From the NCBI GenBank assembly GCA_965202985.1, contig CBDBCF010000001.1, positions 512,001-576,000 on the forward strand: a stretch of 64,000 nucleotides of DNA. The letters are read 5' to 3'. The notes beneath the pieces were generated by a model, which made no database searches, was not told the DNA's origin, and was given only the letters and a program-made list of their open reading frames with translations. This document shows, one piece after another, positions 38,801 through 48,364 of this stretch. Within the stretch, counting starts at the first letter, position 1, and every line of letters starts with the position of its first letter. This DNA comes from Longimicrobiales bacterium. Its GTDB lineage: Bacteria; Gemmatimonadota; Gemmatimonadetes; Longimicrobiales; Gaopeijiaceae. Made by a program: the position numbers and the translations under genes.

Positions 38801-38924
38801 CTTTGGCTTGCGGGAGAAAGGTGTGCCGCCCACCGGCGCCGTGTCGTACGGGGCCGACGCATATCGCGGGCCGCTGGCCGTGGTCGGCAGGAACGGCAGA
38901 CTGGTCCGCGTGCTGCAGAGGTGA
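35844..38924 (+). CDS. Lipoprotein with bacterial Ig-like repeats and C-terminal leishmanolysin-like (M8) zinc metallopeptidase
   Basis: VIAAAC lipobox; Big_2-like WSSSDPTVFTI; five 104-aa repeats; IDGAGGTLGLAGP, HELGHTLGIG, SHWRDSVFGNELM, LSAITIQSLADMGY. Confidence 0.88.
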   Translation: MHEATRGPSTRGTRTPGRVRRKTSRALAGIIVAVIAAACEGSVEPEPPRAASIAVSPASAGLAFLGDTAVFVAVVRDQYGAEFSASPSWSSSDPTVFTISGAGVATAVGNGTGVVTASLLDLSATATVEVAQQAASVEVVSGGDQSARQGRALGDSIVVRVVDAGGAGVSGVRVSFTPAEGDGSVAPGSATSDSAGLAATAWTLGDYPGEQRLAVAVTAPGGPSVDISATALTPEETVASLEVASGGEQRVRRGRALGDSIVVRATDAEGEVVEGAVIVFAPAEGNGSTSPDSVTSDSAGLAATLWTLGDPLGEQRLAASAATVGSPTVEVSATALTPEETVASLAVVAGDEQRGRRARALGDSIVVRATDAEGEVVEGAVIVFAPADGNGTVAPDSVTSDSAGLAATAWTLGDELGAQQLAASVATAGGPTVDISATAVTPEEAVASLEVASGGEQRGRRGRALGDSIVVRATDAEGEAVKGAVIVFVPPEGNGTVAPDSVVSDSAGLAATAWTLGDRLGQQRLTASAATPGGPTVDVSATAVTPEEAVASLEVLSGSGQQAVQGSTLGDSIVVKATDAEGEAVEGAVIVFAPADGHGVAYPDSAATDPTGTARTAWTLGDRPGDQNLVVTVAVAGGPSVQATATATRRDNRPPEVAESLPLHILTAGGRQLRLDGSDHFYDVDGDPISYSAASSQPAVVDVSVGSFGVITLTTGSPGITDIALVATDPSGAVGHLYFSAIVLQVPGSATFDIDLVWLSPGSRRQNQALRSAAARWQQVVTADIPNVQFSGQEYNWCGLQFRIYAELDDLAVFTVIRNIDGAGGTLGLAGPCVVRSEGLLPMFATVVFDSSDLDRFDDVGLSDLALHELGHTLGIGTLWGNFGLLQDPSVPDNAGADTHFTGPSAVAAFNDAGGLGHSGGKVPVENKGVQGSSDSHWRDSVFGNELMNPYYQSEKSPLSAITIQSLADMGYAVDVAQADPYTLPAFGLREKGVPPTGAVSYGADAYRGPLAVVGRNGRLVRVLQR
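36250..37790 (+). repeat. Five 312-bp coding repeats
   Basis: CTGGG(C/A)GATTCCATAGTCGT at 36300, 36612, 36924, 37236, 37548. Confidence 0.95.
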
Positions 38925-38931
38925 TTTCGCG

Positions 38932-40212
38932 CTAGGGCGTTCGTTCGAAGAACAACCCGTCGGGCAAGAAGGCGCTTCCCACCGTCTCCCGGTCGGCGGC
39001 CGCAACGCCTGCGCGGCGCATCGCCTCTTCCCATTGCGATCGCACGGTCCGGACCACGTTGCCGAAGATCGCCTCCGCGTCTTCGCGGCCCAACAGAAAG
39101 CGCCCGGCGCCGGCCATCAAGTTGTCCTTCCTGGCCCGTCGCCCTTGCGGACCGCATATCATGCACAGGTCCCGCTCCTGCGCGTGCGTTGGGCTGGGCG
39201 TGAGGTCGTACGCCGGAGCCAAGCGCCACGCGCGGCCGCGTGCCAGAACCGCGTGGTTGCGCGGATGGTCGTCGTCGTTGGAGACGGCGGCGTTGAAGCA
39301 CATCCGCGTGAAGAGTTGGCGCAGGTCGTCCGTCGGCCGAGCGCTGGTGCGCCGCACTTCGTCGGCCAACGCCAAGTAGGACCAGCGCTCGCGGCCCGTC
39401 GGCGAATCGTCAGTGCGCAATAGGGTCAGCGCGCTGGCCATCCGATGCCGAAGCCAACCCGCGCCGTCGTCGGAACGCTCGCGGTCGAAGCGGCGGACCA
39501 AGAGCACGTCCCGGTCCCCGGCGCGTTCGATCCGGCTTCGGGCCGCGCCGATGCCGCACTCCTGGGCCAGCATCAGCAGGGCGTGCTCCACACGGGGCTC
39601 GTTCCATCGGTCCTGGGGCCGACTGAACTTGGCCAGCCAGAGCGCGTCCGCGTCCTCCACGACCGCTTTGGGCCTTGCGCCGCCCATGGACGTGCCCTCG
39701 TCGAAGATCGCCTGGACGGCTTCGTCGACCGCCCCGTCCCCGGTCGGCTTGGCGACCCTCCCGGATGCCGCTGCCTCCGCGGCAGCCTGCAGATCGGCCA
39801 ACTGCACCGTTCCCGGAAACAGGAGGCGCGGAGTCGGCGGGTCCGTCGTGGCGCTGAACCCGAGAGCGCCGGCGCGGTCGTCGGGTCCCTCCGTCAGGTA
39901 GTCGAACTCCGCAAGCGGCGCCCTGCCCAGCCGGCGCTCGATCAGGAATCGCCCCCAGTAGTCCGGCATGGCGTCCCGTAGCGCCCCGAACAACCCCGCC
40001 ATCCGGCCCGTCCGGTAAACGCGGTCCGCGAGCCGAAGCTCCACCGGGTCGAACTCCAACGCCTCCGGGCGCTCCAAGTAGCTCCGGCCGTACACGAACT
40101 CGCCCGCGGCCGCCCCCGCCGGGCCGTGTCGCAGGCGGAACCGCCCGGCGGTCGTGAACTCCACGTCACCCGGCAGCACGATGCAGACGTAGCAACTCCG
40201 GTCAGAAGTCAT
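38932..40212 (-). CDS. hipA: HipA-family kinase toxin
   Basis: DAMPDYWGR, SMGGARPKAVV, LLVRRFDR, NDDDHPRNHA, LAPAYDLTP. Confidence 0.92.
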   Translation of the reverse strand: MTSDRSCYVCIVLPGDVEFTTAGRFRLRHGPAGAAAGEFVYGRSYLERPEALEFDPVELRLADRVYRTGRMAGLFGALRDAMPDYWGRFLIERRLGRAPLAEFDYLTEGPDDRAGALGFSATTDPPTPRLLFPGTVQLADLQAAAEAAASGRVAKPTGDGAVDEAVQAIFDEGTSMGGARPKAVVEDADALWLAKFSRPQDRWNEPRVEHALLMLAQECGIGAARSRIERAGDRDVLLVRRFDRERSDDGAGWLRHRMASALTLLRTDDSPTGRERWSYLALADEVRRTSARPTDDLRQLFTRMCFNAAVSNDDDHPRNHAVLARGRAWRLAPAYDLTPSPTHAQERDLCMICGPQGRRARKDNLMAGAGRFLLGREDAEAIFGNVVRTVRSQWEEAMRRAGVAAADRETVGSAFLPDGLFFERTP

Positions 40213-40543
40213 TGTCCAACGCCCGGCTCCGGCGCGCGCGGCGAGGCAGCGCCGCCCGCTCCAGCGCCTGACCTTCTTGGTCGCGCTCCGGGGCCGCCAC
40301 GTCCTTCGCCTGTTCCAGCAGGCCTACCGCCCACAGCGCCGCGAAGTAGGCGGCGGCCGAGGTGCCGGGCTTGCCGTGCTCCACGTCGGCCACGGTGTAG
40401 CGGGAGACGCCCATGCGCTCGGCCAAGTCCTCCATCCGCAGGCGGCGGCGAAGGCGGGCCGTGCGGATGTTGCCGCCCAGAGTCCGAAGGGCGTCCTCGA
40501 CGGCGGCCGGCGGGTTGGTCGTCAACGGCGTTCGCGTCGGCAT
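40202..40543 (-). CDS. XRE-family HTH antitoxin (HipB-like)
   Basis: LGGNIRTARLRRRLRMEDLAERMGVSRYTVADVEHGKPG; overlaps the hipA start. Confidence 0.9.
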   Translation of the reverse strand: MPTRTPLTTNPPAAVEDALRTLGGNIRTARLRRRLRMEDLAERMGVSRYTVADVEHGKPGTSAAAYFAALWAVGLLEQAKDVAAPERDQEGQALERAALPRRARRSRALDNDF

Positions 40544-40787
40544 GTTGGTTTTACTCCACAGAAACAAGGTTTACGATGCTTTATGATAACACATAGTGTA
40601 GATGCAACGACTTCGCGCTGCCGGCCCGTCCACCGGCCCTCCCGGACGGCCGCGCAAGTTCGTCTTGGGTCCGCGCGCCGGACTTGAAGGCGCTCCGCTA
40701 TGCCCCGAGCAACTTGCCCATCCGTCGCCGCGAGCCGATGATGACGCCGTTTCTGCCTAGCCACCCTGCACGCCCAAGGACCCGCCC

Positions 40788-43766
40788 ATGCTTTCCGTCC
40801 TTCTCGCAGCCCTGACCGTCCAAGCGGTCCCCGTCGCGCAAGCGGCTCCCGCTCGGCAAGCGGTTCCGGCCCAGCAGGCCATTGACGAGCCCTACACGGC
40901 GCTGATCGCGGAAGCGACGACCGAGCCGTTCTTCGCCACGCCCTTGGTGGACCACCTGCCGTACAGCGAGACCGTGCCCACGCCGCTGGACCACTTGGGA
41001 CACATCGCGGGCGCACCGGACGTGCTGAGCTACCCGGCGGAGGTCCACGCCTACATGCGGGCGCTGGCCGACGCCTCGCCGCGGGTGCAGGTCTTCACGA
41101 TCGGCGAGTCGGAGGAAGGGCGGGAGGTCGTCCTGGTGGTCGTCGGTTCGGAGGAGTCGATCGCGGGGCTGGAAGCGAACAAGGCGGCGCTCCATGCGCT
41201 GGCCGATCCCAGGGTCACGTCGCCCGAGGAGGCCGAACGGATCATCGACGCGGCCAAGCCCGTCTACTGGTCGGTGGGCGCCATTCATTCGCCCGAGACG
41301 GGGTCGCCGGAAATGTTCATGGAGCTGGCGTACCGCCTGGCCGTCGGCGAGAGCGAGTTCATTCGTCAAATCCGAGACGGCTTGGTGTACATGATCACGC
41401 CGGTTCTCGAGGTGGACGGGCGGGCCAAGGTCGTGGACCTGCACATGGGCAAGCGCGCGGACCCCGACGCGAACCTGCCGACGCGGCCCCTCTACTGGGG
41501 CAAGTACGTCGCGCACGACAACAACCGCGACAACATCGGCCAGGCGCTGGCGCTGTCGCGCACCGTCACGCGCACGTACTTGGAGCATCGACCCACCGTT
41601 CTTCACGACCATCACGAATCCGCGTCGTACTTGTATGCATCCACGGGCCGCGGACCGTACAACGCTTGGCTGGACCCCATTGTCATCAACGAATGGAACC
41701 GCCTGGCGTACAAGGAAGTGCAGGACATGACGGCGTTCGGCGTGCCCGGCGTCTACACGCACGACTTCTACGACGGCTGGGGCGCCAACTACATGATGTG
41801 GGTCGCGCAGATGCGCAACTCAATCGGGCGGTTCTACGAGACCCAGGGGGCCGGCGACGCCTCTACGCGCATCATCCGCTCAAACGTGGAGCGGCAATGG
41901 CACCGGCCCAGCACTCCGCTCAGGGAAGTCGTCTGGAGCATTCGCAACAACGTCAACTTGCAGCAGAGCGCGGTCTTGATCGCCATGCACGAGGTTGCGA
42001 CCAACCGACAAGAGTTCTTGCGCAACTTCTACCGCAAGTCCCAGCGGTCCGTGGCCAAGGCGCGGAGCGAGGGTCCGGCCGCGTACGTCTTGCCGGCGGA
42101 CGAACCCCGGCCCGGCCAGCAGGCGCGTCTGCTCAAGCTGCTGGCCGATCACGCCTTCGAGGTCCACCGCGCCGACGACGACATCCAGCTGGACGACGAT
42201 CTCGTCTTCCCGGAGGGCAGCTACGTGGTGCGCATGGATCAGCCCTTCTCGCGGGGCGCCGACATGCTCCTGGACAAGCAGCACTACAACCCGAACGACC
42301 CCCGGCCCTACGACGACGTGGGCTGGACGGTCGGCCCGCTCTTCAATGCGCGGACGGTTCGCGTAGAGGACATGGCCATTCTGGACATGGACATGACCCG
42401 GCTGGACTCCGTATCCGTGTCGAGCGGGGGCCAGGCGGGCCGAGGCGGCGTCGAAGGAGGCCGGGGCAGCATCTACCTGGTCGACTACAACGCGGACAAC
42501 GCGCTGGCGGCGTTCCGCTTCGCCCACGACAGCCTGACGGTCATGGCGGCCAGCGCCCCCTTCGAAGACGACGATCGCGCCTTCCGAGCGGGCAGCTTCG
42601 TGATCCGCCAGGCCGACAACCCGTCCGCGGACTTGGCGGCGCTTCTGGACCAAGCGGGGCGCGAATACGGCTTCACCGCCCGTCGCACGCGCAACGAGCC
42701 CGAAGTTCCGCTTCACGAGACGCGCGTGCCACGGGTCGCGGTCGTGCACACGTGGACCAACACGCAGGACGAAGGTTGGCTGCGCATCGGCCTGGACGAG
42801 TACGGCATTCCCTACGACTACATCTCGGTGCACGAGGTGCGCGACAACCCCGACTTGCGCCGCGACTACGATGTCGTGGTCATGGGCCATCAGCGCGGAG
42901 ACGCCATGAGCCTTGTGCGCGGCCTTCGAGCCGACGCCCCGGTGCCTTGGCAGGCCACCGAAGTCACGCCCAACATCGGCCGCCAGGACTCCACGTCCGA
43001 CATGCGGGGCGGGCTGGGACTGGAAGGGGTCCTGCACCTGAAGCGCTTCGTCGAGGACGGCGGCGTCTTCGTGGCCATGGCGGGCGCGTCGCGCTTGCCC
43101 ATCCACTTCGGCTTGGCCGACGGCGTGTCGATCCGCAACACGCCCGATCTGTGGGCTCGCGGCGGCGTGTTCTCGACGAGGGTGGTCGACCCCGAGAGCC
43201 CGATCGCCTACGGCTACGACGACCTGGGCGTGGCGTTCAACTCCGGCCCGGTCTTCCAATTGGGCGGCAGCGGCGGGTTCGCTCGAGGGGCGGGCGCTGG
43301 GCAGAACCGCGGCCCCGGCGACACGACGGCCCGCCGAAGCGGACGCGGCGGCGCCGACGAACCCGACATCGTGCAAGGCAGGGCGCGCGACATGGGCGAG
43401 TCGGGCGTGGCAGCCTTCCGGCAAGCGCAAGAGGACAACGAGCAGCCGTCCGGCCCCGGACTGTCGTTCGGGCCGCGCACCGACCACATCCGCGTGGTCA
43501 TGCGCTTCGCCGCCAGGGTGGAGGACCTGCTCGTGAGCGGCGGCTTGCGGAATGGCCAGCCCCTGACCAACGCGCCCGCCGTCGTGGACGTGCCATTGGG
43601 CGCCGGCCACGTCGTGCTCTTCTCGTTCAACCCCTTCTGGCGCTCGCACACGCACGGCTCGTACGCCCTGCTCTTCAACGTCCTGATGCACCACGGCAAC
43701 CTGTCCGCACCGGCGGAGGACGCCATCGCCCCTGCTTGCGCCGGATCGTCCTGCCCCCCACTCTGA
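40788..43766 (+). CDS. Secreted M14-family zinc carboxypeptidase
   Basis: IGESEEGRE, IHSPE, HDNNRD, HDHHES; C-terminal GATase-like domain. Confidence 0.88.
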   Translation: MLSVLLAALTVQAVPVAQAAPARQAVPAQQAIDEPYTALIAEATTEPFFATPLVDHLPYSETVPTPLDHLGHIAGAPDVLSYPAEVHAYMRALADASPRVQVFTIGESEEGREVVLVVVGSEESIAGLEANKAALHALADPRVTSPEEAERIIDAAKPVYWSVGAIHSPETGSPEMFMELAYRLAVGESEFIRQIRDGLVYMITPVLEVDGRAKVVDLHMGKRADPDANLPTRPLYWGKYVAHDNNRDNIGQALALSRTVTRTYLEHRPTVLHDHHESASYLYASTGRGPYNAWLDPIVINEWNRLAYKEVQDMTAFGVPGVYTHDFYDGWGANYMMWVAQMRNSIGRFYETQGAGDASTRIIRSNVERQWHRPSTPLREVVWSIRNNVNLQQSAVLIAMHEVATNRQEFLRNFYRKSQRSVAKARSEGPAAYVLPADEPRPGQQARLLKLLADHAFEVHRADDDIQLDDDLVFPEGSYVVRMDQPFSRGADMLLDKQHYNPNDPRPYDDVGWTVGPLFNARTVRVEDMAILDMDMTRLDSVSVSSGGQAGRGGVEGGRGSIYLVDYNADNALAAFRFAHDSLTVMAASAPFEDDDRAFRAGSFVIRQADNPSADLAALLDQAGREYGFTARRTRNEPEVPLHETRVPRVAVVHTWTNTQDEGWLRIGLDEYGIPYDYISVHEVRDNPDLRRDYDVVVMGHQRGDAMSLVRGLRADAPVPWQATEVTPNIGRQDSTSDMRGGLGLEGVLHLKRFVEDGGVFVAMAGASRLPIHFGLADGVSIRNTPDLWARGGVFSTRVVDPESPIAYGYDDLGVAFNSGPVFQLGGSGGFARGAGAGQNRGPGDTTARRSGRGGADEPDIVQGRARDMGESGVAAFRQAQEDNEQPSGPGLSFGPRTDHIRVVMRFAARVEDLLVSGGLRNGQPLTNAPAVVDVPLGAGHVVLFSFNPFWRSHTHGSYALLFNVLMHHGNLSAPAEDAIAPACAGSSCPPL

Positions 43767-43841
43767 CTTGAACGTGGCCCAAACAGCCATTCCTTCGCCC
43801 AGACGACCACCCTTTCGCCCCCCGAGACCAAGAGGCCGCCG

Positions 43842-45311
43842 ATGACGCGCCGCACGAACGGATCGCTTCGCCGCACGAACGGAGCCCGCAACCGAGAGGC
43901 CAAGCGAGACGCACTCCGCGCCAGCCGAGACGCACTCCGCCGGAACGGGGCCAGCCGCCGAACCTTCCTCCGGAACGCCGGCGCCACCGCGCTTCTGGGA
44001 GCGGCGGGCGTCCGAAGCGCCGTCGCCCAGGAAACGCCCGCGTCGTCGTCCGCGTCGTCCGTGGCGGGTGGGTCGGTCGCGCCGGGGGCGGCCGAGTTCG
44101 ACTTCGACGAGGTATACGAGCGCAAGGGCACCGACAGCGTGCGCTGGGACAAGGCCGTGGAGCAGTTCGGCCCCGGCATCGTGGCCGGCATGGGCGTGGC
44201 CGACATGGACTTCCGCACCGCCCCGTGCGTGACCCAGGCCGTGGCGGAGCGCTGCCGGCACGAGAACTGGGGGTACCTGCACCGCCCGGCCTCGTACGCC
44301 GAAGCCGTTGCCGACTGGAACGAGCGGCGCTACGGCCTGCGGGTCGATCCCGAGTCGGTCGTCTTCACCGCCGGCGTGAATCCGGCGCTCATCGCGGCGC
44401 TGCACACCTTCACGCCGCCCGGCGGCCGCGTCCTCATGACCACGCCCACCTACACCGGCTTCTACACGGACCTGCGGTTCACGCACACCGTGGCGGAAGA
44501 GTGCCCGATGACGGTGGACAACGGCCGCTACGCCATCGACTTCGACGACTTCGAGCGACGCGCCCGGCGTTGCAGCACGTTCATCCTCTGCAACCCGCAC
44601 AACCCCACGGGCAACTGCTGGTCCCCCGAAGACTTGGCGCGCATGGGCGAGATCTGCCTCAAGCACAGGGTCGTCGTGCTGGCCGACGAAATCCATTGCG
44701 ACTTCGTGACCAAGGGCGCTCGCTACACGCCGTTCGCCAGCCTGCCGGACGCGGACGTGGTGGACAACAGCCTCACCTTCAAGTCGGCCAGCAAGTCGTT
44801 CAGCTTGGCGGCGATGAAGGTGGCGTGGTACTCCGCCAGCAACCGCGACTACCTGGAGCGCGTCAAGAGCAACACGCGGGCGGACTTGAGCACCTTGGGC
44901 ATGGTTGCCACCGAGGCGGCGCTGCAAGAGGGCGAGCCCTGGCTGGACGCGCTTCTCGACTACTTGGACGCCAACCACGACTTCGTCGAGTCGTACGTGC
45001 GTCGTCATCTGCCCGACGTGCGCTACGCCAAGGCCGAGGGCACGTACCTGGCTTGGCTGGACATGGCCGACTTCGCAGACCGAATCGGCGCGGTCGAGAC
45101 GGCCAAGCGCGAGACCGCGAAGGCGCCCGAGCCGGTTGCGCCCGAGCAGGTTGTGCAGCGATGGTTCGCCGAGCACGCCGGCGTCTTCCTGAACCCGGGG
45201 TCCAGCTACGGAACCGGCGGCGCGGGGCACATGCGCATGAACGTGGCCTCGCCCCGCAAGACCGTCGAACTGGCCCTGAACAACATGGCCGAAGCCATGG
45301 CAAACGCTTGA
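43842..45311 (+). CDS. MalY/PatB-family PLP-dependent aminotransferase/C-S lyase with Tat signal
   Basis: SRRTFL Tat motif; MGVADMDF, LCNPHNPTG, ADEIHCD, SASKSFSLA, EGTYLAWLD. Confidence 0.9.
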   Translation: MTRRTNGSLRRTNGARNREAKRDALRASRDALRRNGASRRTFLRNAGATALLGAAGVRSAVAQETPASSSASSVAGGSVAPGAAEFDFDEVYERKGTDSVRWDKAVEQFGPGIVAGMGVADMDFRTAPCVTQAVAERCRHENWGYLHRPASYAEAVADWNERRYGLRVDPESVVFTAGVNPALIAALHTFTPPGGRVLMTTPTYTGFYTDLRFTHTVAEECPMTVDNGRYAIDFDDFERRARRCSTFILCNPHNPTGNCWSPEDLARMGEICLKHRVVVLADEIHCDFVTKGARYTPFASLPDADVVDNSLTFKSASKSFSLAAMKVAWYSASNRDYLERVKSNTRADLSTLGMVATEAALQEGEPWLDALLDYLDANHDFVESYVRRHLPDVRYAKAEGTYLAWLDMADFADRIGAVETAKRETAKAPEPVAPEQVVQRWFAEHAGVFLNPGSSYGTGGAGHMRMNVASPRKTVELALNNMAEAMANA

Positions 45312-45367
45312 CCGCACGCACGATTCCACCCGCGGCGCGAACCGCCGCAGAAAGGACACGCACGTTC

Positions 45368-46984
45368 ATGACCACAAGCATCTTCATCCGCAAGGCGGTC
45401 CGCAGCGCAACGGCAGCGGCAGCCCTGATCGCCGTCGTCGCCTTCGCCGCCCCGTCCGAGGCGCGCGCCCAGCTCGACAACGTGGGCTCGATCGACTTCC
45501 CCACATCGGCGACCGGCGCGGCGCAGGATCACTTCCTGCGGGGCGTGGCCATCCTGCACAGCTTCGGCTGGAAGCAGGCCCGCGAGCAGTTTCACGCGGC
45601 ACAGGAGATCGATCCGGGCTTCGCCATGGCCTATTGGGCCGAATCGCTGGCGTACAACCACCCGCTGGTCACCGAGATGGACCCGACCGAGCCTCGCAAG
45701 GCTCTGATGCGACTGGCGCCCACGCCCGAGGAGCGCATCGCCATGGCGCCCACGGACCGCGAGAAGGGGTTCATGAAGGCGGTGGAGATCCTGTGGGGCG
45801 ACGGCGACCACGAGAAGCGGCGCGTCGAGTACATGGAGGCGATGGGCAAGCTGCACGAAGCGTACCCGGACGACCCCGAGATCGCCGCCTTCTACGCCCT
45901 GTCCCTGCTGGGCGCCACGCGCGCCACCGGCGACCTGGGCGAGCGCTGGAACGTCCGCGCCGGCACGATCGCGCTCAAGCTGTTCAACCAGAACCCGGAC
46001 CACCCGGGCGCCGCCCACTACACCATCCATTCCTTCGACAATCCGCTCATGGCGCCGCTTGCGTTGGACGCGGCCTACGCCTTTGCGGACATCGCGCCGG
46101 TGGTGTCGCACGCGCGCCACATGCCCACGCACATCTTCATCCAGCACGGCATGTGGGACCTGGTGGCGGGACACAATCAGTCGGCCTACGACGTGGCGGT
46201 CGAGCTTTGGCAGCCCGGCGACGCTCTGGGCGACGCGGTGCACGCCCTGGACTGGGGCCAGTACGGCGACCTGCAGCGCGGCGACTACGCCAAGGCGCGG
46301 CTGTGGATAGAGCGCCTAGCGGACATGGTGGAGCACGAAGGCTTTGCCGCCGGAGGCGCCCGGGGCGTAGCTGGAAGCGAACGGGCCAAGGGCGCCCTGC
46401 CGCTCCTCAAGGCGCGCTACGTCGTGGACACGGAGGAGTGGGAGGTGCGCCCCGTGTCGGAAGACGCCTCCACGCACGAGCTGCTGGCCACCGGCCTGAG
46501 CGCCGCCCGCACCGGCGACATGGCCGCCTTGGAGGCCGCCGTCGAGGCCATGGCGAACAAGTCGGACGGCGAGGGCTACGACCACGTCATGCACTTGCAG
46601 CTGAAGGGACTGCTGCTCGCGGCCAACGACGACGCCGACAAGGCCGTGGCGACGATGGACAGGGCGGTGGCGACCGTCGAGGCCATGGCGCCGCCCCGAG
46701 GCTCCGCCAACCCGGTCAAGCCCGTGCACGAGCTCTACGGCGAAGTGCTGCTGGACCTGGACCGTCCCGCCGACGCCGTGGCGATGTTCGAGACCTCGCT
46801 GTTGCGGATGCCCAACCGGCCCCGCTCGCTGCTGGGCTTGGCGCGGGCGCTGGCCGCTTCCGGCGAACACGAGCGCGCGGTCGTGGCCTACCGCCAAGTC
46901 GCCGAGCTGTGGGACGGGCGCGAAGGCCTGCCCGGACTGGCCGAAGCGCACGGGTTCGTGAACGGCGGCGGCGGGGGGTCCTAA
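45368..46984 (+). CDS. Secreted TPR-repeat protein
   Basis: Signal peptide; AQDHFLRGVAILHSFGW...DPGFAMAYW; HPGAAHYTIHSFD; HARHMPTHIF; GAAAGGA RBS. Confidence 0.85.
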   Translation: MTTSIFIRKAVRSATAAAALIAVVAFAAPSEARAQLDNVGSIDFPTSATGAAQDHFLRGVAILHSFGWKQAREQFHAAQEIDPGFAMAYWAESLAYNHPLVTEMDPTEPRKALMRLAPTPEERIAMAPTDREKGFMKAVEILWGDGDHEKRRVEYMEAMGKLHEAYPDDPEIAAFYALSLLGATRATGDLGERWNVRAGTIALKLFNQNPDHPGAAHYTIHSFDNPLMAPLALDAAYAFADIAPVVSHARHMPTHIFIQHGMWDLVAGHNQSAYDVAVELWQPGDALGDAVHALDWGQYGDLQRGDYAKARLWIERLADMVEHEGFAAGGARGVAGSERAKGALPLLKARYVVDTEEWEVRPVSEDASTHELLATGLSAARTGDMAALEAAVEAMANKSDGEGYDHVMHLQLKGLLLAANDDADKAVATMDRAVATVEAMAPPRGSANPVKPVHELYGEVLLDLDRPADAVAMFETSLLRMPNRPRSLLGLARALAASGEHERAVVAYRQVAELWDGREGLPGLAEAHGFVNGGGGGS

Positions 46985-46996
46985 GGCGGAGAGCGC

Positions 46997-47932
46997 CTAC
47001 TCGTCCAGCGTCTTCTCCAGCTGCCGGATCGCGCTGCGATCGCGTTCCGAGCTTTCGTGGATCTTGTCGGCCAGGAACTCGACGTTGTCGTAGGGCGCGG
47101 CTCCGGCCAGCATGCCCAGCTGCGAACGGTCCGCGCTTCCCAGCGCACTGGCGATGTTCTGCGCCTCCGCCAGGAAGTGCTGGGCCAGCGCCTCGACGGT
47201 GCCCTGGGCGTGCGCAATAGCCGAATCGGCCCTTCCCGACAGATCTTCCAGCCGCTTGACCTCCGTCAGGTCGGTGTTGCTGCGGTCCATGACGGCCAGC
47301 TTGGCCTCGCAACGGTGGTAGAACTGGCGCAGCACCTCGGCCCGGCCGTCCACCTCGCCCAGCGCCGAACGCAGCTTGGCCTCCAGCTTGCGCGCCGTCC
47401 GAAGCTGAAGCGAAGCCAGCTCGCTGTCCGGCTCTTCCCGAATCCGCTCGTCCCAGTAGGCGACCCGGCCCTCGGCCTCGTCCAGCGCCGTCGCCAGCGG
47501 GGCCCGCGCACGCCCCCACTCGGAACCGGGACCCAGGGTCCGCGCCCGGTGCGCTTCCACCCGCTTGCGCAGCAGCCGGAGGGCGAAGCCGTGCACCGCC
47601 GACACCGCGACCGCGTCTCCGGCCCGATACGCCGCCACGCCCTCGCGGACAATGCGACGAACCCGCGCGGCGCGACTGATCGCCGGCATCGCGAGTGCCC
47701 CTGCCACGCCCCCGACCAGCAAGAAGGCCCCGATCTCCGACAGTCCCGACAGGAAGCTTCCAAGGAACGACACTGCCAGGAAGCCCACGAACAGCGTGAG
47801 GCAGCCCGTGCAGCCGGAACTGAAGGCGGCCCCCAAGACCTGCCCCCACTTCACGGCCTCCTTGTCCACCGTCTCGTGCGCCACCTTCGTGTAGTAGCGC
47901 TGGGCCAAGCTGTCGAACTCGAGCGAAGTCAC
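46997..47932 (-). CDS. Hypothetical membrane protein (2 TM segments + coiled coil)
   Basis: Two hydrophobic stretches near the N-terminus followed by a charged helical region. Confidence 0.75.
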   Translation of the reverse strand: MTSLEFDSLAQRYYTKVAHETVDKEAVKWGQVLGAAFSSGCTGCLTLFVGFLAVSFLGSFLSGLSEIGAFLLVGGVAGALAMPAISRAARVRRIVREGVAAYRAGDAVAVSAVHGFALRLLRKRVEAHRARTLGPGSEWGRARAPLATALDEAEGRVAYWDERIREEPDSELASLQLRTARKLEAKLRSALGEVDGRAEVLRQFYHRCEAKLAVMDRSNTDLTEVKRLEDLSGRADSAIAHAQGTVEALAQHFLAEAQNIASALGSADRSQLGMLAGAAPYDNVEFLADKIHESSERDRSAIRQLEKTLDE

Positions 47933-48007
47933 GGTCCCCGGCTATCTGCGCGCAGGCCCCTGTCGGGCCGCTCGATCATGGTTCGACCGCGCTCCGATCG
48001 CTCGTGC

Positions 48008-48364
48008 TCAGTCGGCTGCCGACGACGCCCCGCCTTCGTCTTGCTCGTCGTCCAAGCCGGCACTCCGCTCCCGTCGTGCGTTCCACCACCGGCGCGCCTG
48101 CCGGAACGGATACCAGACCAAGCCGACCACCGTTGTGAACATCAGCCAGCCCACGGCCAGCAACGCCCCGATCGCAGCCAGCCCGGCGCCGGGACCGATG
48201 TAGGCCGCGAGCACGTCCTGGGTTGCGCGTGCGCCATCGGCAACCCCGGTGCCGGGGGCCAGAGCCAGCGCCGCAAGGACTCCGATCGTTGCGGCGCGTC
48301 TGGTAGCGGCAAGAAAAGGGGATGCCATGCTGTCCGCGCGAATTATCGTCTTGTCCCGGATCAT
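48008..48364 (-). CDS. Small membrane protein (YIGPGAG motif)
   Basis: Signal-like segment then AYIGPGAGLAAIGALLAVGWL...VWYPFR; ATGA overlap with upstream stop, alternative start 48328. Confidence 0.7.
   Translation of the reverse strand: MIRDKTIIRADSMASPFLAATRRAATIGVLAALALAPGTGVADGARATQDVLAAYIGPGAGLAAIGALLAVGWLMFTTVVGLVWYPFRQARRWWNARRERSAGLDDEQDEGGASSAAD

Noticed and set aside
43845..43970. Short repeats as a CRISPR array (also 35570-35700, 4975-5020)
   Set aside because: Adjacent imperfect repeats without unique spacers, lying in coding sequence or an IS end; no cas genes.
46984..46999. Hairpin AGGCG-GAGAG-CGCCT between convergent genes as a terminator
   Set aside because: 5-bp stem and no U-tract; too weak to call.
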